Below, piece after piece: positions 49,772-57,199 of a stretch of 63,530 nucleotides of DNA (position 1 is the first letter of the stretch; the number at the start of each line of letters is the position of its first letter). The notes below the pieces were generated by a model that did no database searches, was not told the DNA's origin, and saw nothing but the letters and a program-made list of their open reading frames with translations. The stretch comes from Caldisericota bacterium. Its GTDB lineage: Bacteria > Caldisericota > Caldisericia > Caldisericales > Caldisericaceae. Made by a program: the position numbers and the translations under genes. The stretch is taken from positions 1-63,530 of the forward strand of contig QMOQ01000001.1 of the NCBI GenBank assembly GCA_003650285.1, written 5' to 3'.

Positions 49772-49876
49772 AATATAAACCTCCTTTGAGATGTATGCTA
49801 CATATATTTGACAACTTTCTTGCAGTAGCAGCAAGAAAGCACTTAGAAAAATTTGATTTCATTTTCATCACGACAC

Positions 49877-49904
49877 ATTATAATGCTTGACATTTTTTTT
49901 TCAA
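49877..49904 (-). promoter_or_regulatory. Promoter for gdh
   Basis: Minus strand: TTGAAA (49904-49899), 16-nt spacer, TATAAT (49882-49877). It lies about 100 nt upstream of the gdh ATG. Confidence 0.45.
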
Positions 49905-49909
49905 TATAT

Positions 49910-50509
49910 TTAATCACATTGTGAAAAATATAACGCATTTTTAACTCTTTCTATAAGTTCGTCCTTATGCGTGTATATATCATTTGTTATCTTAATTTTT
50001 GGAAAATGCCAGTTTTCATAAAAATGTTTATATCTTTTATCCAAACTTTCCAAATATTCTCTGGGGATTTTCTCAAAATCCCTCCCTCTGCCTGCTATAT
50101 TTCTCATTAATTCGTCGGTATCTTTTTCCAGATAAATAAGAAGATTCGGAGAAGGAAGGTGTCCCACCATAAGACTATAAAGCTTATTGTACACCGTCCA
50201 CTCTTCATCTGTCATAAGCCCTTCTTCATGAAGAGAGCGTGCAAATACTTCTTTATCCTCGTAAATGGAACGGTCAAGAATAGCAGGAACATTTGAAAGC
50301 AAAACGTGGTGAAGGATTTGTTCGTAACGTAGCGCAAGAAAATTAATCTGCGTAGCAAAAGCCCATCTCTTCATATCCTTGTAATAATTTTTAAGAAAAA
50401 GGTTCCCTTGAAAATCTTCAAAATAAACGCTAAAGCCCATCTTTTTTGATATAATTTGAGAAAGAGAAGTTTTTCCTGCGCCAATGTTTCCCGAAACTAC
50501 GATATACAT
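49910..50509 (-). CDS. Deoxynucleoside kinase
   Basis: The P-loop GNIGAGKTS is present at the dNK family size. A TAATG overlap joins it to the upstream gene. Confidence 0.85.
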   Translation of the reverse strand: MYIVVSGNIGAGKTSLSQIISKKMGFSVYFEDFQGNLFLKNYYKDMKRWAFATQINFLALRYEQILHHVLLSNVPAILDRSIYEDKEVFARSLHEEGLMTDEEWTVYNKLYSLMVGHLPSPNLLIYLEKDTDELMRNIAGRGRDFEKIPREYLESLDKRYKHFYENWHFPKIKITNDIYTHKDELIERVKNALYFSQCD

Positions 50510-51636
50510 TATTCCATCTCCTTAAGCAATGCATTTGCTATAATAAGTTTTTGAATCTCATTTGTTCCCTCTATAATTTCGTACATTTTGGCCTCCTTGT
50601 ATAGTCGTTCCACTACATAATCTTGTATAAAACCATACCCTCCAAAAATCTGTACAGCAAGGCGGGATACATCCACAGCTACTTGTGCTGCAAAATATTT
50701 TGCCATTGCTGCAATCTTTGCAGCATCTCTTTGTTTTTGATCGGCAGCTTCAGCCGCTTTCAAAGTAAGGAGCTCAGCAGCCTCCACCTTTGTGCCCATA
50801 TCTGCAATATGAGATTGTATCATTTCAAAAGCACTTATTGGTTTTCCAAATTGTTCCCTCTGCTTACTGTATCTTACGCTTTCAATTAAAGCACGTTTTG
50901 CAAGCCCCACAGCAGCAGAAGCAGCAGCAATACGTCCTACATCCAGTACTTTTTTCACGATAATAAATCCCATTCCCTCGCGTCCAAGTAATCTCTCTTT
51001 AGGAATTCTCACGCCGTTCAAAAGCAACGAGGCATTAGGAAGACCCGGAAGAGCCATCTTTTTTTCCTGTCTTCCTATAACAAAATTTTTATCTTCTCTT
51101 TCCACGATAAAGGCAGAAATACCTCTTGCTCCTCTCTCTTTATCCGTCTTTGCCATGATGACATATAAATCAGATAAACCCGCATTGGTAGTAAATGCCT
51201 TTGTACCGTTCAAGACATAAAAATTGCCATCTCTTATGGCTTCCGTCTCTATCGAAGCCGGGTCAGACCCTGCATTTTGTTCGGTAAGAGCAAAAGAGCC
51301 AATTAACCGCCCTTTTATTAAATCAGGAAGGTATTTTTCTTTCTGCTCTTCTCCTCCCCCAAAAAGAACAGAAAATGCAGCAAGACAATGCGCCCCAAGA
51401 ATGCTTGCAATCGTACCGCTGTATTGCGAAATAATAGTTGCTGTTTTTGAGTAAAGAATGGTGCTTTGCTCCAGCCCTCCATATTTTTTCGGAAAAGGTA
51501 GCGCCATAAAACCATGAGAAGAAAATTCTTTTAAGATTTCTTTTACAAATTTGCTATCAAAATCGATCTCTTTCTCATACGGCTGGATATATTTTTTGCA
51601 AAAATCATGTGTAGCAGTCAATACTTCATTTTCCAT
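50509..51636 (-). CDS. Acyl-CoA dehydrogenase
   Basis: 375 aa. The ACAD C-terminal motif is present (YEIIEGTNEIQ). Confidence 0.9.
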   Translation of the reverse strand: MENEVLTATHDFCKKYIQPYEKEIDFDSKFVKEILKEFSSHGFMALPFPKKYGGLEQSTILYSKTATIISQYSGTIASILGAHCLAAFSVLFGGGEEQKEKYLPDLIKGRLIGSFALTEQNAGSDPASIETEAIRDGNFYVLNGTKAFTTNAGLSDLYVIMAKTDKERGARGISAFIVEREDKNFVIGRQEKKMALPGLPNASLLLNGVRIPKERLLGREGMGFIIVKKVLDVGRIAAASAAVGLAKRALIESVRYSKQREQFGKPISAFEMIQSHIADMGTKVEAAELLTLKAAEAADQKQRDAAKIAAMAKYFAAQVAVDVSRLAVQIFGGYGFIQDYVVERLYKEAKMYEIIEGTNEIQKLIIANALLKEME

Positions 51637-51719
51637 AGTTCACCTCTTCCCTTTCTCTTGTAAAATCTAAATCATTTTATATTATAAGATAAAATTTTCA
51701 AAATGCATCAAGGAGAAAA

Positions 51720-53399
51720 ATGTTAATAGTAGATAAAATAAATTTTGTAAACGAAGGGAGAAAAATTTTAAGAGATGTCACTTTCTCGATAGATAGAGAA
51801 CATAAGGTTCTTGTAGGAGAAAATGGCACAGGAAAGACCACACTACTAGAAATCATCATTGGATCCCTTACGCCAGATAGCGGTAAAGTTCTTTTAAACG
51901 GAACTTTTGCATACATACCGCAGGAAATAAAATTTTTAGATAGAACCGGGGTAGAAGAAATAGAAAGTGCATTTCAAAACATTAAAACTATCGAAGAAAA
52001 ACTTTCTCACATAGAAAAAAGTGAAAACTTTAACGAAAAATACGGCAAACTAATCGCGCAATATGAAAGTATCGGAGGATATAGCTATAAGCAGACAATA
52101 TACAGTATGATAGATAAGTTCCGCTTAAGCGAAGAAACAGTTTCGCTGAAACTACGAAATATGAGCGGAGGCGAACGCACAAAATGCTTAATTATCAAAG
52201 CACTTCTTTCGCAACCAGATCTGCTTATTTTGGACGAACCAACAAACCACCTGGATATAGAATCGATAGAAACATTGGAAGAAAGTTTGAAAAAATTTAA
52301 CGGGGGCTTACTCATCGTTTCGCATGATAAAACATTTATTAACCGCATAGCAACTCATATACTTCACTTAAAAGGCAGAAAAGTAGAAGAATATAAAGGA
52401 AACTACGATAAATTTGATGAAACAAAAAACAGAAACGACACCACTAAAATAAAAGAAAGAGAAAGATTGTTAAAGATAATTGAAAAAGAAAAAATATTCA
52501 TAGAAAAATTCAGGTATGGTACAAGGGCAAAACAGGCAAAAAGCAGGGAGAAAAAACTGCAGAAAATCGAAGTCCCTGAAGTAGAAAAAGAGAGGCAGAA
52601 GAAAATACAAATAGAAATGGCAGGAAGAGGTGGAGAAAAGGTAGCAGAATTGTTTCACATAAAAAAGAGTTTTGGTCAGAAAAATGTTCTTAACGATATA
52701 ACCCTTTTAATAAAGCGGAAGGAAAGAATAGGAATACTTGGAAGAAACGGCAGTGGAAAATCCACCCTGCTTAAAATTATTGTAGGAAAAGAAAACGCAG
52801 ATTCTGGCAGTGTAAAGATAGGCAATAGCATAAGCATCGGTTACTTTCCACAAGATGCATTTCTTATGGATCCCGAATCAACACCACTGAACGAAATAAT
52901 AGCATACGGATACACAATCCCGGATGCAAGAGATGTTTTAGCACTGTTTGACTTCACAGGCGATGACGTATTTAAACAAATAAGAGAGTTCAGCGGCGGC
53001 GAAAAGAAAAAACTGCTCCTTGCAAAAATGAGCATAATGAAAGGAAATTTCCTGGTACTTGATGAAGTTACGAACCACCTGAGCATCCCGATGAAGGAAG
53101 TAGTGCTGGAAGCGCTAAAAAATTTCGACGGCACAATTCTGCTTGTAACACACGACAGATATGTATTAAAAAATTTAGTCAACAAAACATATTATTTGAA
53201 AAATGGAAAATTACACGCCAAACAATTAGAAGACAAAAAAAATACAAAAGATAGTTCACAAAAAGAAATAAATAAAATAAATAGCCGCATCGCCTATCTC
53301 GAAAAACTTTTAAAGAACGAACCTAATAACGAGAAAAAAATAAAAGAACTTAATATATTAAAAAAGAAAGCCCAGCTACTTTACAAGAAGAGTAAATAA
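51720..53399 (+). CDS. ABC-F family ATPase (two ABC cassettes, no TM domain)
   Basis: Two Walker A motifs are present (GENGTGKTTL, GRNGSGKSTL). Two signature motifs are present (MSGGERTK, FSGGEKKK). The inter-domain linker is charged. Confidence 0.9.
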   Translation: MLIVDKINFVNEGRKILRDVTFSIDREHKVLVGENGTGKTTLLEIIIGSLTPDSGKVLLNGTFAYIPQEIKFLDRTGVEEIESAFQNIKTIEEKLSHIEKSENFNEKYGKLIAQYESIGGYSYKQTIYSMIDKFRLSEETVSLKLRNMSGGERTKCLIIKALLSQPDLLILDEPTNHLDIESIETLEESLKKFNGGLLIVSHDKTFINRIATHILHLKGRKVEEYKGNYDKFDETKNRNDTTKIKERERLLKIIEKEKIFIEKFRYGTRAKQAKSREKKLQKIEVPEVEKERQKKIQIEMAGRGGEKVAELFHIKKSFGQKNVLNDITLLIKRKERIGILGRNGSGKSTLLKIIVGKENADSGSVKIGNSISIGYFPQDAFLMDPESTPLNEIIAYGYTIPDARDVLALFDFTGDDVFKQIREFSGGEKKKLLLAKMSIMKGNFLVLDEVTNHLSIPMKEVVLEALKNFDGTILLVTHDRYVLKNLVNKTYYLKNGKLHAKQLEDKKNTKDSSQKEINKINSRIAYLEKLLKNEPNNEKKIKELNILKKKAQLLYKKSK

Positions 53400-54053
53400 G
53401 ACAGCATAAACAAGAGCAGGCAGAAGATTTAATATTTTTATTTTTCTTATCTTTAAAAGTTCAAATCCTAAAGCAATAATGAGCACTCCACCGACAGATG
53501 TAAGATTGTTGATATACGCAGGATTTGTAAGAAACTGCAATTTACTTCCCAGAAGCGTCAAACTTCCCTGAATAACAAGTACAGAACCGGCAGAAAAAAT
53601 AACACCGATACCAAAACTTGACGCAAGCGTAAGAGAAGTAATGCCATCCATAACAGATTTTGTGTATAGAAGAGTAGCATCACCGGTAAGTCCTTCCTGA
53701 ATAGAACCCACGACAGTCATAGCACCAACACAGAAAATAAGTGTTGCTGTGACAAAACCTTCCACAAAATGTGGGGAACCAGGAGACACTCTACTTTTCA
53801 ATCGTTCTATTACGCTAGTAAGATGTGCTTCCAGCCGCAACGCCTCCCCGGTAATACCACCAAGAATAAGTGCAAGAAACACAATGATAAAATGCTCCCC
53901 TTTTAGCATCATTGATGTTCCTATCAAAAAAGTAAATAGGCCGATTGCCTGAATAATAACGGCTTTAAAACGCTTAGGAAGCTTATCTCCGATAAAAATC
54001 CCCAGGCTGCTTCCAACTATAACTGCAATAACATTTACAATTGTCCCTTTCAT
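53376..54053 (-). CDS. DUF554-family membrane protein
   Basis: 225 aa, polytopic. The N-terminus MKGTIVNVIAVIVGSSLG is typical of DUF554 (YdfK/YqgA-like). Confidence 0.75.
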   Translation of the reverse strand: MKGTIVNVIAVIVGSSLGIFIGDKLPKRFKAVIIQAIGLFTFLIGTSMMLKGEHFIIVFLALILGGITGEALRLEAHLTSVIERLKSRVSPGSPHFVEGFVTATLIFCVGAMTVVGSIQEGLTGDATLLYTKSVMDGITSLTLASSFGIGVIFSAGSVLVIQGSLTLLGSKLQFLTNPAYINNLTSVGGVLIIALGFELLKIRKIKILNLLPALVYAVLFTLLVK

Positions 54054-54126
54054 ACAAAAATTATATATCTTTCAAATATTTTGGCAACAGCAAACATATA
54101 TACAAACCAAATAGTACATTTTTTAC

Positions 54127-54152
54127 ATATTGTGAAAATTTTCTCACAATAT
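54127..54152. promoter_or_regulatory. 26-bp inverted repeat operator candidate (TTGTGA...TCACAA core, Rex/CRP-like half-sites)
   Basis: ATATTGTGAAAAT|TTTCTCACAATAT, with 11 of 13 arm positions complementary. It abuts the -35 TTGACA at 54154. Confidence 0.55.
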
Positions 54153-54153
54153 A

Positions 54154-54181
54154 TTGACATATTAAAATATTATAATATAAT
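54154..54181 (+). promoter_or_regulatory. Promoter for the arsR-like/AhpD-like operon
   Basis: TTGACA (54154-54159), 16-nt spacer, TATAAT (54176-54181). The ATG at 54191 has no SD. The region is low-complexity and AT-rich, so the hexamer call is tentative. Confidence 0.45.
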
Positions 54182-54190
54182 AATATTATA

Positions 54191-54511
54191 ATGGAAACAA
54201 AAAAAGAATTATACAAAGATTTAAAAACATGCATAGAATTATCGGAATTTATTACAGCACTGGGAAATCCGAAAAGAGTTGAAATAGTATGTCTTCTTAA
54301 AGACGGACCAAAAAATGTAAGCATGATTTCTAAAACACTAAATATACCGCAATCTTCTATATCAATCCACCTCAATAATTTACGCCATATGGGATGGGTA
54401 AAAAAAGAAAAAAAGGGAAGGGAAGTTTTTTATAAAATAAGCAATAAAAAAATAATATCACTATTAGAAAATTTATCGAGACAATTTTTAATCATAAAAA
54501 AAAGGAGGTAA
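54191..54511 (+). CDS. ArsR/SmtB-family winged-helix transcriptional regulator
   Basis: 106 aa. The motif LGNPKRVEIVCLLKDGPKNVSMISKTLNIPQSSISIHLNNLR is present. Confidence 0.85.
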   Translation: METKKELYKDLKTCIELSEFITALGNPKRVEIVCLLKDGPKNVSMISKTLNIPQSSISIHLNNLRHMGWVKKEKKGREVFYKISNKKIISLLENLSRQFLIIKKRR

Positions 54512-54516
54512 CAATC

Positions 54517-54870
54517 ATGGCAGACGTAACAACAGATGCGCAGAAATATCTTGACCAATTTCATGGCCTCATTCAGAGACTCGGAAAAGAAGATCCAGAT
54601 TTTGCAGGTGCTTTAATGGAATTCGTAAAGCAGGCAGAAAAACCAGGCGCACTTACAACAAAAACAAAAGAACTCATATCCGTTGCACTCGGCGTTGCAG
54701 CTTGCTGCGCATATTGTATTGCATTTCATGTAAAAAACGCAATTGCAGAAGAAGCAACAAAAAAAGAAATCCTTGAATCCTGTTTAGTGGCAGCTCTTAT
54801 GGGAGGCGGCCCGGCAGTTGCATACATCAGATATGCAGTTGATGCATGTGACCAGTTTGGTGCAAAATAA
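54517..54870 (+). CDS. Carboxymuconolactone decarboxylase-family / AhpD-like protein
   Basis: 117 aa. It carries the complete E-x11-C-x2-C-x3-H signature (E-LISVALGVAAC-CAYC-IAF-H). An AGGAGG SD is present. Confidence 0.85.
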   Translation: MADVTTDAQKYLDQFHGLIQRLGKEDPDFAGALMEFVKQAEKPGALTTKTKELISVALGVAACCAYCIAFHVKNAIAEEATKKEILESCLVAALMGGGPAVAYIRYAVDACDQFGAK

Positions 54871-54886
54871 TCAATTCTTTACTCTT

Positions 54887-54914
54887 AAAAGCCCTCTTTT
54901 AAGAGAGGGCTTTT
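54887..54914 (+). terminator. Rho-independent terminator after the AhpD-like gene
   Basis: AAAA-GCCCTCT-TTTAAG-AGAGGGC-TTTT. Confidence 0.8.
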
Positions 54915-54983
54915 AAGATACTTGTAAAAATTATTTTTAAATTTTATATAATAAAAATAGTCAAGGAGGGAGGTACAAATAAA

Positions 54984-56354
54984 ATGGAAGAATTTGATGT
55001 AGCAATTATAGGTGCAGGCTCCGGTGGATATGTTGCAGCAATAAGAGCCGCAGATTTAGGAAAAAAAGTTGCAATCATCGAACACAGAGAAATCGGAGGA
55101 ACATGTTTAAATAGGGGTTGCATTCCTACAAAAGCGCTGCTAAAAATGGCAGAAATATACACCTGCACAAAAGAATCCCAATCATTTGGCACAATAGTTG
55201 GAAATGTATCTTTTGACCCGAATGCGATCCAGAGGAGAAAAGACGCAGTTATACAACGACTCGTAGCAGGCATAAACTTCCTATTCAAGGCAAGGAAAAT
55301 TGTAGTGAAAAAAGGAAACGGAAAATTTTTAGACCCACACACAATAGAAATTACAAGCGATGAAGGCATAGAAAAAATAAAGGCAAAAGATATTATTATT
55401 GCAACAGGATCAGAACCAGCAATGATGCCAGCATTCAAAATTGATAGGAAAAATGTGCTGACAAGCGATGAGGCACTGAACATCACAGAATATCCTAAAA
55501 GCATACTTATCGTGGGAGCAGGAGCAATTGGCGTTGAATTTTCGACAATTTTTTCCACGTTTGGTACAAAAGTAACCATTGTCGAAATGATGCCTCAAGT
55601 TATCCCAGCACTAAAAGATAGAAAACTTGCATCAATGTTGCAGAGAACGCTCATTAAAAAGGGTATTGAAATAAAAACGGGAATAAAAATCGATAATATA
55701 GAAATACAAGGAAACGGAAATGTCGTGTCCACTTTAAGTAACGGAGAGGAAATTACAACTGAAAAGGTATTAGTTTCCATTGGAAGAAAACTAAATTCTA
55801 CAGGCATAGGAATAGAAGAATTGGGCATTAAAACTGAAAAAGGAAAAATCTTAGTCGATGAAAAGCTCAGAACAAACATACCAAACATTTATGCAATAGG
55901 CGATGTAATAGGGGGTTTGCTCCTTGCACATAAAGCGCAAAAAGAAGGAGGTATTGTCGCAGAAATTATTGCTGGAAAAGATAAAAAAATGGATTATAGG
56001 GTTGTACCCTGGGCCATCTTTTCATCACCAGAAATTGCATCAGTGGGGCTAACAGAAGAAGAAGCAAAAGAAAACAGTATCGACACTATTGTATCTGAAT
56101 TCCCATTCATCGCAAATGGAAAAGCAGTAGTTATGAATAGTACAGATGGAGAAGTAAAAATTATAGCAAAGAACGATACAAAAGAAATTATCGGCGCTCA
56201 AATCTTTGGGCCAGAAGCATCCATGATAATAGCAGAGCTTGCCCTAGCAGTGGAAAATAAACTTACTTTAAACGATATAGCATATACTGTCCATGTCCAC
56301 CCAACGCTTCCAGAAACAGTAATGGAAGTAGCAAAAAATGGACTAGAAAAGTAA
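54984..56354 (+). CDS. lpdA: Dihydrolipoyl (dihydrolipoamide) dehydrogenase
   Basis: The GAGSGGY FAD motif, the redox disulfide GGTCLNRGCIPTK and the C-terminal HVHPTLPE motif are present. It has its own promoter-like TTGTAA/TATAAT and AAGGAGG SD. Confidence 0.9.
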   Translation: MEEFDVAIIGAGSGGYVAAIRAADLGKKVAIIEHREIGGTCLNRGCIPTKALLKMAEIYTCTKESQSFGTIVGNVSFDPNAIQRRKDAVIQRLVAGINFLFKARKIVVKKGNGKFLDPHTIEITSDEGIEKIKAKDIIIATGSEPAMMPAFKIDRKNVLTSDEALNITEYPKSILIVGAGAIGVEFSTIFSTFGTKVTIVEMMPQVIPALKDRKLASMLQRTLIKKGIEIKTGIKIDNIEIQGNGNVVSTLSNGEEITTEKVLVSIGRKLNSTGIGIEELGIKTEKGKILVDEKLRTNIPNIYAIGDVIGGLLLAHKAQKEGGIVAEIIAGKDKKMDYRVVPWAIFSSPEIASVGLTEEEAKENSIDTIVSEFPFIANGKAVVMNSTDGEVKIIAKNDTKEIIGAQIFGPEASMIIAELALAVENKLTLNDIAYTVHVHPTLPETVMEVAKNGLEK

Positions 56355-56563
56355 TTCACATGATAAAAAAATAAAACATCTATACTAAAATTTCATAAAT
56401 AATAAGAAAGGCGATTAGCAAAACCTTTTTTATATAATTTTGAGATGAACAAATAATTCTTGGTATCAACCCATCTTTTATTTGTATCTATTTGTGAAAA
56501 ATGTTTGTAATTTTTCCAGATTTTCGTTAAAATATCATCAAAGATACCAGGAGGAAAATATAA

Positions 56564-57199
56564 GTGGATATACCATTTGCAACAATTGAAAGAATAACAA
56601 AATATTTAAGATGCTTGAAACGTATAAAAAATAAAAAAATTAAGCTTGTATCATCTCAAACGCTGGCAGAACATACCAAAGTAACAGCTGAACAGGTACG
56701 AAAAGACCTCGCGTACTTTGGCAAATTTGGTAGAACGGGTGCGGGTTATGATATAGAAAAACTTGCAAAAAAATTAGAAAAAATACTCAATCCAAAACCA
56801 TCCTGGAATGTTTGCATTATAGGAGCAGGTGCCCTCGGACATGCTCTGACAAACTACCCCGACTTTAAAAAAGCCGGGTTTAATGTCATCACTCTGTTTG
56901 ATAGCAATCCCCAAAAAATAGGAGACAAAATTGGCACCGCAAAGATATATGATGTTAAAAAATTTTCAACTATTACAGAAAAAAAGGAAATAGAAATTGC
57001 TATTATTGCTACGCCTGAAAACGCAAAAGAAGAAATCGAACAAATTTTAGCAAAAAGTAAAATCAAGGGAATAATTAACTTCACTCCTGTAACTTTAAAT
57101 ATAAAAAGCAGACGAAAAATACCAATCATTGATGTAGACTTATCCCAAAAAATGTATATACTATCTTTTTTAATCACAAAAGAAAAGAGGAGGCAATAA
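56564..57199 (+). CDS. rex: Redox-sensing transcriptional repressor Rex
   Basis: The N-terminal winged helix (TIERITKYLRCL) and the Rossmann motif (IIGAGALGHAL) are present. The GTG start lies 9 nt after AGGAGG. Confidence 0.9.
   Translation: MDIPFATIERITKYLRCLKRIKNKKIKLVSSQTLAEHTKVTAEQVRKDLAYFGKFGRTGAGYDIEKLAKKLEKILNPKPSWNVCIIGAGALGHALTNYPDFKKAGFNVITLFDSNPQKIGDKIGTAKIYDVKKFSTITEKKEIEIAIIATPENAKEEIEQILAKSKIKGIINFTPVTLNIKSRRKIPIIDVDLSQKMYILSFLITKEKRRQ

Noticed and set aside
54061-54375. 104-aa minus-strand ORF spanning the DUF554/arsR spacer and the arsR 5' end
   Set aside because: It overlaps the promoter/operator region and a well-supported ArsR-family gene on the other strand. It has no SD and no motifs.
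54944-55888. 211-aa and 97-aa ORFs antisense to lpdA
   Set aside because: They are antisense shadows of a clearly functional Lpd gene and carry no recognisable motifs.
56492-56511. Possible Rex box upstream of rex (TTGTGAAAAATGTTTGTAAT)
   Set aside because: Only the left half-site matches. The right half is TTGTAAT rather than TTCACAA, so the sequence is not palindromic. I keep it only as a half-site remark.
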